Assembly: GCA_965220375.1 (NCBI GenBank)
Contig: OZ244824.1
Location: 98,311 to 162,310 of the forward strand
Direction: 5' to 3'
Source of the DNA: Dehalococcoidia bacterium
Lineage (GTDB): Bacteria; Chloroflexota; Dehalococcoidia; Lucifugimonadales; JAGWBF01
DNA length: 64,000 nucleotides
The notes under the pieces are model-generated. The model saw only the letters and a program-made list of their open reading frames with translations, did not search any database and was not told the DNA's origin. The translations under genes were made by a program, and so were the position numbers. Positions 43,569-54,376 of this stretch are shown here, piece by piece (the stretch's first letter is position 1; each line of letters opens with the position of its first letter).

Positions 43569-45594
43569 TCAGACTCTAAGCTCGTGTCGCTGCTCAACGA
43601 GCCTGAACTTCAGTTTGTTGCTGGGCGACTGTGAATACAGCGGATCCATAGGCAGCCGCTTGTAGGGGCGGGCCAGCTCGATCTTGAAGTAATGCGTGAG
43701 CATGAGCAGGCTGAGCGCCAGGTGAAGTTGGGACCATCGGGATCCGAGACATGAGTGCGTGCCCAGCCCGTAGGGCGCGTAGCCTGCGTCCAGATGCTCG
43801 TTTCGCGGGGGCGTGTAGCGGTCGATGTCAAATGTCCCCGGATCGGGGAACGCCTCTTCCATGTAGTGCGGCGCCGTCTGCGCTATCAGGAGCCGCCCCC
43901 CGACCGGTAATTCGCAGCCCTCCACCACGTAGGTATTCATCACCGTGCGCATCGACATGGCCACGATCGGCGACATTCGCAGAGACTCCATCGGCACCCG
44001 GTGGGTCACGTCGATCCGGTCCAGACTAAGGTCGTCCTCGCTGGGATCGCCCTCGGCCCACAAGGCGTCCGCTTCGGCCGTGACTCGCTCGTACAATTCG
44101 GGGTGCTGCACCAACCAGTAAAGGGCGAAACCAAGCTGATCGCCCATGTACATGCTCGTCATCAAGATCGCCCCCAGCGGCAGCGATAGGTCCGATTCGG
44201 GCAGGAACTGGGGATCAGCCGCGTGCAGGGCCAGATACGCGTCCACCACATCCTCAGGCATCCCGACCCGCTGCGCGGCCGTATGTGTGCTTTGCATACG
44301 GTCTTCGATTCGTTGCATTGCCTTCGCCCGGCGGCGCATGGGCAGGGTCTTGAGCATGAAACTCGGCATCAGCTTCACAAGGCCAACGTTGAGCACCCGC
44401 ATCTTGTATTTGAGGGCATCGGCAATCTCGTCTTGGGTGTCGATGCTGGCCAGGAGCGGCGATGCCTGCGCGTTCAGAAATGGTCGCAGCATCGTCTGCG
44501 CCGGGATCGCTTTACCTACATCCCAGGTCGCCATGTGCGTCCGGGCCAGGTCATAGACCTCCCAGACGCCTGGTCAAAGTCGTACGGGCGTAGGCGGGCT
44601 GCATCGATTTGCGAAAGCGAAAATGATCGGCGCCGTCAACCGAGTGCATTGAGCGCGATACCCAATACGCCTTGTCGACACCCTCGAAGTACTCCTTGGC
44701 CCTCAAGAACAGCGGTCCCTTGTTATAGGCCCATTTATTCGTCTCCACCCCTGCCAGTACAATCAGATTATTCCGGAATGGAATCCGTATCTCGAACACC
44801 GGACCGTACTTTTTGGCCAAAGAGGCGAACGCTGACGGCAGCCTGCCCTCTCGCAAATTGCGGTTGAACACTAGATCACGAACGGAGACGGTTGGAATCG
44901 GCTTGGTCAGTGAGGGGCGACGAAGCGAGGGCCCGATGATGCTCTCGGCCACCGTCGCCGCGATCGCTTGGCCGATCAGGTCCATCTGGCTGACGAACCT
45001 AATCCGTTCTTCCACCTCCTCGTCGATCGGAAACATCACATGGAACGCGCGGCAGGCGTTGACGAGGCCGGTGATAGCCACGTCGCGCGGATCCGGAATC
45101 GCGTCCGCGAAGATGATCATGGTCAGCCGGGCCTTAACGAATTCGCCCGCCGAGTAGTCTTCTCCTGGCGCTGTTTCGCCCCGCCGATGGCGCTTGGTAA
45201 AGGTGTAGAACTCTCCTGGGTGGAGGTCGAGAATCTGTCGCCTAACGAGCCCGGCCAACGCTTGGGAGATCATCGACTCGGACTGCGGGGCAAGCCGCTC
45301 GACCCAGTAGCGGGCATCGTGTGGTTCCGCTTCGGTCACGATCTCCCGCAAAATTGGGTCAAGTAGCGGACGGCCGGTTTCGGTCGCATCGACACCGATC
45401 TGAATTCGCTGATTCTGGTGGATGCGACCGATCAGCGACAGTTCAGCCAGCGCCGCGCCGGCCATGGCGCAGTTCAGGTTCCATCCGGGTACCTGATGAA
45501 AGTAGCCGCTCTCTTCGTTCAGTAGCGCCAGCAGCAGCTCTTCCGGCAGACTCAGCGCCTGCGCCGCCGGATCCGTTCCAGTTGCGTCAGTCAT
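43569..45594 (-). pseudogene. GPP34/GOLPH3-like domain fused to a cytochrome P450, interrupted by a frameshift near 44534-44590
   Basis: N-terminal LSLPEELLLALLNEESG......L..AMAGAALAELSLIGRI (GPP34-like). P450 N-terminal half (..KKYGPVFEI..DGADHFRFRKSMQPAY). The second ORF carries ExxR (MESLRM) and heme loop YAPYGLGTHSCLGSRW. The two ORFs are in different frames, with GVWEVYDLARTH readable across the gap. Confidence 0.75.
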
Positions 45595-46372
45595 GAATCA
45601 GTCTCTCCTCCGCAGGAGTTACCACTATTTTGTTATTTTATGAGACCATTAGCACCCTCTTCCTAAGGATCGTAAACCGATCAGTGCAAGTAATAGACGG
45701 AAATGGAGATATCGCCAAGCGTTGTGAATCGCTGTTCCCGGTAGATCAGGTGGCGTACCTCCTGTGAGCTAATCGATCGCTCTCGTCCGGCCAGACCGGT
45801 CACTACTTCAGCACCCCGTCCATGAAGAGGCTTCCCGCGAGGACTACCGCCACGAGGTGGGTCACGTTAGCTTTGGCTAGCGCAACTGGGCAGCGTCGAG
45901 CAGCATGCAAGCCATCGCCAATCCCGCCGAACGCGACCCCGCCACTTCCGTCACGCTCTAACGCAGCCGGACCGCCGCGAACGTCGACGCGATCGGGTTT
46001 CTCGGGTTCAGGCGCCCGTGGTGCTCAGCGGGTAAGTCATTGAAGGCGAGCAGCCGCTCGAGGTCGCCGTGACCTTCGCCGTCACCCTCGGCCACTGTGC
46101 AAACTGCTCGCTGAAGGCCCGCGCCGCATCGAGCGTCGGTGCGAACATCTCCTGGGAGGCGAGGATGACAAACTGGTCCAGCTCAACCGGCGGCACAGCT
46201 CCCGTTCCCCGCTGGCCACGCTCGTGCGCCATGCTCAAAATCCGCCGTACTCCTACCGGTCTGTTGTGCTGGCCTCTGTTCATTGACGGAGGGTATGCCT
46301 TCTTCCTCTCCGGGCTGATCCACAACTTCCAAGCACACTCCTACGCCCACCGTATGGTAGTATAGGAGCCAT

Positions 46373-47485
46373 ATGGACTCACAGCCATCTGCCAGTCCCT
46401 CAGGCACCTCGCCGCCTGTGTTCCTGACAGGTGCGGCCGGACATGTAGGGGCCAACCTCGTGCGCAGCTTGCTTGGTGACGGCGTTCGAGTCCGGGTATT
46501 GCTCAGACACGAGAACAACAATGAAGCATTGGATGGGCTCGATGTTGAGCTGGCCTACGGCGACATTCGAGACCTGAACGTCACCAGGAAGGCCCTTGCG
46601 GGGTGCCACGGCGTCTATCACTGTGCGGCCCTCGTCTCAACCATCGATGGCAACGACGCCCATCGCCGGGAGATTTACGGATGCAATGTGTTAGGCACAC
46701 GCAACGTGCTTCAAGCGGCGCGGGAGGTGGAGGCCGGACGAGTGGTTGTGACAGGATCCATAAGCGCTGTCGGGTACGATCTGGACGACCCATCCACCCC
46801 AGTCACGGAGTCCATGCCCTTTAATCACATGGAACGCGCAATGCCCTATGAGCGCAGCAAGGCGATGGTCGAAACTGAGTGTTGGCAGGCCGCGGCGGCT
46901 GGTCAGGATGTCGTGGTCGCCACTTCCTGCGCGGTGGTCGGGGGTAATGACTTCTTCCCTTCGCGATTGGGGGGGACCTTGTGCGACTTCGCCAACCGCA
47001 AGCTGCCCGCCTACGTCGATGGGGGGTGCGAATTCGTCGCGACACAAGATATCGCCCAGGGACATCTGCTGTGCATGCGCCGCGGGCGTTCGGGAGAAAA
47101 GTACATATTCAGCAGCGAGTACAAGACCATCTCCAACCTCCTGGATATATTCCAGGAGGTCTCAGGCGTACAGCGGCCGCGTCTGCAGTTGCCCTTAGGT
47201 CCGATGCTCGCTTTATCCGAAGTAAAGAGCTATGTCCTTAGTCGCCTCTATCCCAGCTACCCACAGCGATTCACGCCTGGCGCGATCCGGCTGTTGCAGC
47301 AGCGCCGTCACGCCGACACCAGCAAGGCGAAAGAGGAGCTTGGCTTTCAGCCGACGACTATCCGCGCCGCGGTCGAGGATGCCTATGCGTTTCACTATCA
47401 GCGCGACGCCATTGCCAATCCACGCGCAAAGCGTCCAGACCTGAGCGCCTTGACAGACATGCCGTCCAGCCGAGTTGGGCACTAG
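46373..47485 (+). CDS. NAD-dependent epimerase/dehydratase-family extended SDR (HpnA / 3-beta-HSD / DFR-like)
   Basis: FLTGAAGHVGANLVRSLL Rossmann motif and catalytic YERSK. AGGAG RBS. Confidence 0.8.
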   Translation: MDSQPSASPSGTSPPVFLTGAAGHVGANLVRSLLGDGVRVRVLLRHENNNEALDGLDVELAYGDIRDLNVTRKALAGCHGVYHCAALVSTIDGNDAHRREIYGCNVLGTRNVLQAAREVEAGRVVVTGSISAVGYDLDDPSTPVTESMPFNHMERAMPYERSKAMVETECWQAAAAGQDVVVATSCAVVGGNDFFPSRLGGTLCDFANRKLPAYVDGGCEFVATQDIAQGHLLCMRRGRSGEKYIFSSEYKTISNLLDIFQEVSGVQRPRLQLPLGPMLALSEVKSYVLSRLYPSYPQRFTPGAIRLLQQRRHADTSKAKEELGFQPTTIRAAVEDAYAFHYQRDAIANPRAKRPDLSALTDMPSSRVGH

Positions 47486-47904
47486 ACATGACTCTGGAAG
47501 GGGTCAAGCCATGGGTATAGACCTTGCCCGGACCGCGCAGCTTTAGCAAGACGGCAATCTGCGCCATCGGGGGCAGGCCGCTAATCGGGGCCATGCCAAC
47601 ACGGCCATGGGAGCCGCTCGAGGACTGACCACGGGTGCTGCGTGCGACTGCACAGAAAGAGAAAGCAACGTAGAAGCAGGTGCATCCCGTTCGCACGAGC
47701 GCGTCGTCATGCCGATGTTCGTGCGCCTGTGAAAAGCGACGTTGTCGGCGACGGAGATAACGCCGAACTAGACAGCGCGGCTCGCGCAGGAATGACTCCT
47801 TGGTTGCTTAGACCCCCGTACAAAAACCTACGTCGCAGCAAGAGCCACCAGAGGCAATGGAGAGGTGGCGCCATCGTGATCTGGGTTCATTACGGGAAGT
47901 GCTC

Positions 47905-48050
47905 GACGTACTCTAGACCCACCACTCTAAACTCGAACCTCCCAGCCAGAAGTTCGCAATTCAGTCTTACACGGCCCACCAGTTTATAGCTAAGACCTCA
48001 GCTCTACCACTACCCTTGGTCATCACGCTCCCTATACTTCACGAAACGCC
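47905..48050 (-). repeat. R1-related variant c8 (expanded core)
   Basis: The minus strand reads GTGAAGTATAGGG...GTCTTAGCTATAAACTGGTGGGCCGTGTAAGACTGAATTGCGAACTTCTGGCTGGGAGGT. The tail matches c5 and c7. It lies in an ~850-nt region without a convincing ORF. Confidence 0.6.
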
Positions 48051-48343
48051 CCAAGCCAGTTTCTCGTCCCCTGCTTTATCGATGAGATGCAGTAGTATGA
48101 AGGAAGTGTGTTCCGGGATTCGATTGCGATGCAATGTACTCCACCCCGCTGGATGAGCTGAGAACTGCCGGTTTGGTAGCCAGTCCGGACCGCCAGCAAT
48201 AGGTTCTGATATTTGGCGATCCGGTTTCGCTATTCCAACAGTCACCTACGTTGCAGTCATGCTGCTGGCACACATCGTTGGCAGGCGCATTGACGCTGGC
48301 AAGGCTTTTCCGTCGTTGTCATTCATGCGGCTAGGCTTGCACC

Positions 48344-49354
48344 TCACGGGCAGGCCGGCATGACCTTCTCTCCGAACAGCTCGATCGCCTCCATTATCTT
48401 TTCGTGGGATGGCCCTCCTGAATGGGCATGGCGCAGGCGCAGCAGGAAATAGTCCGTGCCCACAGCTTCGCCCCAGTGCCGGAACTCGGCCGCGCATTCA
48501 TCGGGACTGCCTAATATGAGCCGGTCTTTCCCCAGGTTGTCCAGGGTTATGTCATCCTCGGATCCGAACCTCCGAAACTCGGACAGGCCGTTACGCCAGT
48601 AGTACTTGTAGGCCGCCGTTACCTCCGGTCCGTACACTTCAGCCGCCTCAGCCCGGCTCCCGGCCACCCAGGCGTCCCGCATCAGGGCGACCACGGGCTC
48701 CCTGCCCGCCTGCATCGCCGCCTCACGGTAAGCCTTCGTCAACTCGATGGTGTTGGCGAGGTCGGTGCTGGGTCCGGCCACGAACCCGTCGGACATGCGT
48801 CCGGCCCGGCGCGCGCCGGACAAGGTGCTCGCCCCGATCCACAGGGGAGGGCCGGGCTGCTGGAAGGGACTTGGCCTGATGTGCAGATCTTCAAGGTGGT
48901 GGTACTTGCCACGGAAGGAGAAGGGTTGTCCGCTCCAGCAGCGACGGATGACCTCCACCCCTTCCTCGAAGCGGCCCACCCGCTGGCTGATTGGCACCTC
49001 GAAGGCCTGGAAGTCCGCATCCTGGTACCCGAGGCCAACGCCCAGGATTATTCTGCCTTTGGACACCAGGTCCAGGGTGATCACATCTTCCGCCAGGTGT
49101 ACGGGATTGTGCAGGGGCAGCAGGATTACCGAGGTTCCGACGTTCAGGGTGCTAGTCCGGGCGGCAACGGCCGTCGCCACTATAAGCGGGGATGGAAGGA
49201 AGCCGTCCCGGTCCTGGTGGTGCTCGCCGAAGAAGCAAGAGTCGAATCCCACCTTTTCCGCCAGCCTGGCCTCGGCGATAACCTCGTCTATCCGCTGGTC
49301 CAGACGCTCGCCCCGGGGCGGGTCTGCTATGGAGCTATATATGCCGAACTTCAT
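48344..49354 (-). CDS. LLM-class (luciferase-like) flavin/F420-dependent oxidoreductase
   Basis: MKFGIY....... ..FDS.FFGEHH ... ILGVGLGY ... typical LLM layout. Confidence 0.8.
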   Translation of the reverse strand: MKFGIYSSIADPPRGERLDQRIDEVIAEARLAEKVGFDSCFFGEHHQDRDGFLPSPLIVATAVAARTSTLNVGTSVILLPLHNPVHLAEDVITLDLVSKGRIILGVGLGYQDADFQAFEVPISQRVGRFEEGVEVIRRCWSGQPFSFRGKYHHLEDLHIRPSPFQQPGPPLWIGASTLSGARRAGRMSDGFVAGPSTDLANTIELTKAYREAAMQAGREPVVALMRDAWVAGSRAEAAEVYGPEVTAAYKYYWRNGLSEFRRFGSEDDITLDNLGKDRLILGSPDECAAEFRHWGEAVGTDYFLLRLRHAHSGGPSHEKIMEAIELFGEKVMPACP

Positions 49355-49438
49355 TTCAGGTCTCCCTCGATTCTCCTGTGGATAAACGCTACCCCGGGCG
49401 CAAAGGGAACACCCTTCCCATCATCCCTTCTGGGGACC

Positions 49439-51223
49439 CTAGGGGACATTTCCCCGGTTCTCCTTCCAGACAGACGCCTGCTCCAGCATCTCAAGGGCAT
49501 TGCTGAGAGCGGCGCTTCCCTCGGTACCGAGCATCTGGCCAAGCTCCGCCACCCTGGTCTCGTCATCCAGCACCTCAACATTTGTCGCATCCCTGTCATG
49601 CGTGGCAAGCTTTGCAACCCTGATGTGGTGGTCGGCGTAGCACGCCAGCTGAGGCAGGTGGGTGACGCACAATACTTGATGGCTCTTGGATAGGTCCCAC
49701 AGCTTCCGGCCCAGGATGCCCCCGATGCGGCCTCCCACGCCCGCATCTACTTCGTCGAACACGAGAATGGGAATCCGGTCTACAGTGGACAAGATGGTCT
49801 TTATGGCAAGCATCAGCCTGGAGGACTCTCCCCCGGAGGCAATCCGGGCCAGCGGCCGTGGTGGTTCGCCCAAGCTGAGAGATACCAGCAGCTCTACGGA
49901 GTCTATCCCGGTGCTGCTGAATGCCAAACACTTGGTGCTTTTGTTGCCGTCGGGACCGGAGTCTGGACCCCACACCTCCGACCCAAGGGGAACGCCTTCC
50001 CCCGATTCCGTCTGGTGTATGTCCACATGGACCTGGGCATATTCGGCCGCCAGATGGGAAACCTCCTCTTCTATAGACCGCGCCAAGAGTCCTGCCGAAT
50101 GCCGGCGGGCCTCGGAGAGCTGACTCGCCAGGCTCCCCACTTGCTTCACAAGATCTGTCTCTTGGAGCTTAAGCTCCTCCCCACGCTCTTCGCTGTGGGA
50201 TATCCTTTCCAAGTCGTCGGATGCCCGCTGTGCAAAGGCGAGTACCTCTTCAATGGTGCCGCCGTATTTCCTCTTGAGGCCCGTGATTAGGTCCAGCCGT
50301 TCCTCGATCTCCCGAAGACGGTCGGGGCTGTGCTCGATGCTGTCGCAGTAGCCACGGAGGGTGCGCGCCAGGTCGTCCACCTGGTGGGCCAAGGCTTCTG
50401 CCGCCTCACGCTCTTGCCTCAACGAAGGGTCCAACTGCTCCAGCTGGCCAAGGTCCTGGGACAGCAGTCCCACAAGGTCCATGATCGAGTCTCCCCTGTC
50501 CATGCCATCGTAAAGCACCCTATGGGCATGATCGGAGAGCTCGGCAAGTCGCCCGGCATTGGCGATACGGTCCCGCTCCAGCGCCAAGCCTTCATCCTGT
50601 CCGGGCTGAAGATCGGCGGCGCTGATCTCACGTACCTGGTAATTGAGGAAGTCCATTCTCTGGGCAAGTCCTTGCTCTTCGGTCCTAAGCCTCTCCAGCT
50701 CTTTGCGCACCTCAGTTAGCTGGCTGACTCGTTGAGAAACCTGGGTGCGGAGCTGCCACAGTCCGGCATACCGGTCCAATATATCCAGGTGCTCACGCAC
50801 ACGGAACAGGGACAAGTGCTGATTTTGCCCGTGGACGTCCACCAGGTGTTGTGCCAGGGTGCTCAGTAGCCGGAGAGGCACGATCCGCCCGTTCACCCGG
50901 CACGCATTGCGCCCATCTACGTTTACCTCACGGGCCAGTATCAGCTCCTCCTCGCCATCGTCCATGTTGTACTCGATCAGGCTATCCCTGATCTTCTGTA
51001 CAAGGTCCCCATTGAGCAGGAAGACGCCTTCCACCCTGGACTGTCGGGCCCCGGAGCGCACCATGCCGCCGTCGGCCCTTCCCCCCAAAAGGAGGCCCAG
51101 CGCATCTACTATGATGGACTTGCCAGCCCCGGTTTCACCGGTCAGCACGTTAAAGCCCGGCGCCAGCTCCATATCAAGCTGTTCTATGGTAGCGAAGTTG
51201 GTGACGCTAAGAAGTCTAAGCAT
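49439..51223 (-). CDS. recN: DNA repair protein RecN
   Basis: MLRLLSVTNFATIEQLDMEL.PGFNVLTGETGAGKSIIVDALGLLLGGRAD, a long coiled-coil and C-terminal ..ASGGESSRLMLAIK..PILVFDEVDAGVGG. The start is taken at the internal ATG at 51223. Confidence 0.9.
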   Translation of the reverse strand: MLRLLSVTNFATIEQLDMELAPGFNVLTGETGAGKSIIVDALGLLLGGRADGGMVRSGARQSRVEGVFLLNGDLVQKIRDSLIEYNMDDGEEELILAREVNVDGRNACRVNGRIVPLRLLSTLAQHLVDVHGQNQHLSLFRVREHLDILDRYAGLWQLRTQVSQRVSQLTEVRKELERLRTEEQGLAQRMDFLNYQVREISAADLQPGQDEGLALERDRIANAGRLAELSDHAHRVLYDGMDRGDSIMDLVGLLSQDLGQLEQLDPSLRQEREAAEALAHQVDDLARTLRGYCDSIEHSPDRLREIEERLDLITGLKRKYGGTIEEVLAFAQRASDDLERISHSEERGEELKLQETDLVKQVGSLASQLSEARRHSAGLLARSIEEEVSHLAAEYAQVHVDIHQTESGEGVPLGSEVWGPDSGPDGNKSTKCLAFSSTGIDSVELLVSLSLGEPPRPLARIASGGESSRLMLAIKTILSTVDRIPILVFDEVDAGVGGRIGGILGRKLWDLSKSHQVLCVTHLPQLACYADHHIRVAKLATHDRDATNVEVLDDETRVAELGQMLGTEGSAALSNALEMLEQASVWKENRGNVP

Positions 51224-52081
51224 GGCAACTTCCACAATCCCTACCTGCACCTTGGTCCCTCATACGATGGTTGTACCACCCCTGAAGCTTGGCCCGCAAG
51301 GGCATAGCCCGCCTATCAACGGCGACGGCCATATCTGGCACCATGGAGATTGGCTTCTCGGTTGAATTGTTGAGCAGGGGAGTCTCAGGCATCGGTCAGC
51401 GAGAGCGACCCGTTTCCCATGGACCGTTCCCCATGGAGTAAGGAAGGCTGGAGCCTGCCGCCAAGGCACAGGACTCCGGGAAAATGTCCGAGCTTAGCGA
51501 AAATCGCGTAGTCATATCAATAGACACTCCAGGTCCCCTTCGTAATATAATCGCAGTACCAACGGCGCGACGGCACTCACCGAGGCTTCATCCTTACGGC
51601 CCAGGAAGCGTTAGCAATGGGAAGAAGAGTGCCAACTTCCAGAGATCAGCGAGACAGAAAAGGGGCAACCAAGGCTGATGGCGTTGTCTCCCAGTAAAGG
51701 AAAAACGATATGCGTTGCAGTATTGGAATCTCGATGAAACCCGAAGACCGGCTGACGGCATGGCGTCTGGGAAAATTTCACACGATGGACCGGCAGGAGA
51801 TCCTGGAAGAGTACAATAGCAGAACGAAAGCGCAAGAGTGCGAGACCCTTTTCGCCCAGGCGCATGGTTGCGAGCCTACGCCGGTCGCCGCAGGTCCCGA
51901 AGATGCAACCTGGTACCTTTATCACTTCTTTCACCAGGGTACCTAACTGCACAAGCCCAATAACCGGCGATGAAGCGGACGCGGATTGGTCCGAATTGCC
52001 CAAGTCCTCGTGGGCAATGGGATTGGGTGAGGTTGAAGACATCGCCGCTTGGAATTGCAGCCAGCTGTATATGGCAGTTTG

Positions 52082-52612
52082 ATGTTATTGATTTTCGGAG
52101 GCCTTCCCGCCGTGGGCAAAACAGCAATTGCCGTTGGACTGGCGCGAGCCCCTGAGGCCGTTCATCTGCGCATCGATTCCATCGAGCAGGCGTTGCGCAA
52201 CTCATCCGCAACGATATCGGGACCGGAGGGGTATCTGGTCGCCTATGCGCTTGTTGCGGATAACCTGAGACTGGGGCGCACCGTGGTAGCCGATTCTGTG
52301 AACCCGGTGGAAACGACCCGAGGGGCCTGGAGGGAAGTCGCGCTGCGGGCTGGCACACGTTACATTGAGATAGAGATCGTCTGTTCCGACCAGGCGGAGC
52401 ACAGGCGCAGGGTTGAGTTACGGATAGCTGACATCGCCGGGCACCAGATACCTACGTGGCAGCAGGTGTGCGACCGTGAGTATGAACCCTGGCAGGCCGG
52501 TATCGTCATAGATACGGCGGGACAGCATATCGAGGAGAGCGTTCTAGCATTGCGGGAAAGCCTGGAAGGCTTCGAGCAGGCGCTAGGGGCAATGGGCGGT
52601 GCAGGGAATTGA
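52082..52612 (+). CDS. P-loop kinase-like protein (AAA_33-type)
   Basis: MLLIFGGLPAVGKTAIA Walker A. Small size. The start is taken at ATG 52082. Confidence 0.65.
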   Translation: MLLIFGGLPAVGKTAIAVGLARAPEAVHLRIDSIEQALRNSSATISGPEGYLVAYALVADNLRLGRTVVADSVNPVETTRGAWREVALRAGTRYIEIEIVCSDQAEHRRRVELRIADIAGHQIPTWQQVCDREYEPWQAGIVIDTAGQHIEESVLALRESLEGFEQALGAMGGAGN

Positions 52613-52970
52613 TGGATCAGAACGAACAGTTCAGGCAGAGATTCTGATCATAGCCGGCTACGGCTACGTGCTGGGACTCGCCACCGTCAGCCTGGGTCTG
52701 TACTTACGCTTCCCCTCGGGCCTGTACAGGTGCCTCGCCCTGTTGTTCATCCTGGTAGCCTTGGCTGCGCTGGTGGTGTTGATAATCGGGGACCGCTTTC
52801 ACAGCCTGAGTTACTTTCACACGATATCCAAGTGTTTCTCTCTACCGCTGAACTCCTTGGCCCTGGTCCTGGGCATCGCTCTGTATCAGGGGCACTCCAC
52901 CTTGACCCAGGAAAGGTCCAGCTGGACGGGCGCTGCTGGGGAACTCAACGAAGGTCTGAAGGCAGCATAG
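52599..52970 (+). CDS. Hypothetical membrane protein
   Basis: Three hydrophobic segments. GTG start overlapping the upstream stop. No recognisable family. Confidence 0.4.
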   Translation: MQGIDGSERTVQAEILIIAGYGYVLGLATVSLGLYLRFPSGLYRCLALLFILVALAALVVLIIGDRFHSLSYFHTISKCFSLPLNSLALVLGIALYQGHSTLTQERSSWTGAAGELNEGLKAA

Positions 52971-53146
52971 CTCCGGCAGGTTGTTGCAGATCTGTCAGGC
53001 TGGCGCCGCTCCTGCCGAAGTGTGGGTCCGAGCTACCGGGAATTTTCGTTTGAGGGCGCTTGAGCAGGTTAGTGCACAATGCCGCGCCGCCTTAAAATGG
53101 ATAGGCCCGACAACAAGGTAGGTGTCGACCGGTGGGGCATGTCTTG

Positions 53147-54376
53147 TCAGCTGGGCTCCGACACATAGGCTTCCTCGCCATGCTGCGAGATGTCGAGCCC
53201 TTCTTCTTCCTGCTGTTCGTCCACCCTGAGTCCCATCGTGTACTTCAGGACGACCAGTAGCGCCAAGGTGGTGACGAATGCCCAGCCAAAGGAAGCTCCT
53301 ATGGCGATTAGCTGCCTGAGGACTTGTTCACCGCGGCTCAGATCGGTCAGCTGTCCTATGCTCAGGAACCCAACTCCGATGAAAATTCCCGCCGCCAACA
53401 TCCCCCAGGCTCCGCCCACTCCGTGGATAGCCCATACGTCGAGGGAGTCGTCCAGCTTGACTCGGGTCTTTATCAACACCGCCGTGTAGCAAAGAACGCC
53501 GGCGCCTAGGCCAATAAGCAACGCCGGCATCGGCCCAACGAACCCCGATGCCGGGGTGATGGTGGCCAGACCCGCTACTGCTCCGGTAGCCGCTCCCACG
53601 ACACTTGGCCTCCGGTTTCGCAGCCAGTCCAAGGCGACCCACGCCGACGCAGCAGTCGCAGCCGAGATGTGGGTTACAACGAAAGCTGAAGTGGCCCTCG
53701 ATGTGGAAGAGAGGTCGCTGCCAGCATTGAAGCCAAACCATCCAAACCAGAGGAGAGAGGCGCCCAGCACTACGAAGGGCACGTTATGAGGCGTAAGGTC
53801 TAACTTTCCGAACCCCAGGCGCCTACCGAAAATGATTGCGGCAGCCAGGGCGGCCGCCCCTGAGCTGATGTGCACCACCGCGCCTCCGGCAAAATCAAGG
53901 GCCCCTGCTTCCCCCAACCACCCGCCGGAACCCCACATCCAGTGGGCCAGCGGCGGGTAAACTATGGTGGACCAGGCAATGATGAAGACTACGAAGGTGC
54001 TGAACTTGATGCGCTCGGCGAACGCACCGGCAATGAGGGCAGGAGTGATTATGGCAAACTTAGCTTGAAACACCATAAAGGCTTGGTGAGGGATCGTGTC
54101 TGCGTAAGGGCCTGGCTCGGTAGCGGATACGCCGGCAAGGCCAAACCATTTCAGGTTTCCTATAAACCCTCCAACGTCAGGACCGAAAGCCAAGCTGTAT
54201 CCCCATAGGACCCATGTCAGTCCCACGATAGCCAAGGCGATGAAGGACTGCATAAGGGTTGCCAGGGCATTCTTGCTGCGGACAAGTCCTGCGTAGAAAA
54301 AAGCCAAGCCGGGCACCATGACAAAGACCAGCGCTGACGAAGTTAGTACCCAGGCAGTATCCCCGCTGTCTATCAT
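53147..54376 (-). CDS. amt: Ammonium transporter (Amt family)
   Basis: DTAWVLTSSALVFVM.PGLAFFYAGLVR.KN, AGGAVVHISSGAAALA, FGWFGFNAGS, WAIHGVGG.WG. Confidence 0.9.
   Translation of the reverse strand: MIDSGDTAWVLTSSALVFVMVPGLAFFYAGLVRSKNALATLMQSFIALAIVGLTWVLWGYSLAFGPDVGGFIGNLKWFGLAGVSATEPGPYADTIPHQAFMVFQAKFAIITPALIAGAFAERIKFSTFVVFIIAWSTIVYPPLAHWMWGSGGWLGEAGALDFAGGAVVHISSGAAALAAAIIFGRRLGFGKLDLTPHNVPFVVLGASLLWFGWFGFNAGSDLSSTSRATSAFVVTHISAATAASAWVALDWLRNRRPSVVGAATGAVAGLATITPASGFVGPMPALLIGLGAGVLCYTAVLIKTRVKLDDSLDVWAIHGVGGAWGMLAAGIFIGVGFLSIGQLTDLSRGEQVLRQLIAIGASFGWAFVTTLALLVVLKYTMGLRVDEQQEEEGLDISQHGEEAYVSEPS

Noticed and set aside
45600-46372. Minus-strand ORF 46008-46325 and adjacent open frames as a regulator or DinB-like gene.
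   Set aside because: No family motif is recognisable, and several stops and frame changes would be needed to build a full-length protein. It is possibly another pseudogene but cannot be supported.
47486-48343. Hidden structured RNA gene (tmRNA, RNase P, SRP, 6S) in the ~850-nt ORF-poor gap.
   Set aside because: None of the diagnostic conserved strings of these RNAs was found. The only recognisable content is an R1-related variant (47905-48050). It should still be scanned with Rfam.
51251-51480. Small ORFs upstream of and overlapping the recN start (51260-51469 minus, and an unlisted 59-aa frame) as a truncated ppnK-like gene.
   Set aside because: The only resemblance is a vague ..LRAKLQGW.. 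to NAD kinase C-termini, with no other motif. This is insufficient support.
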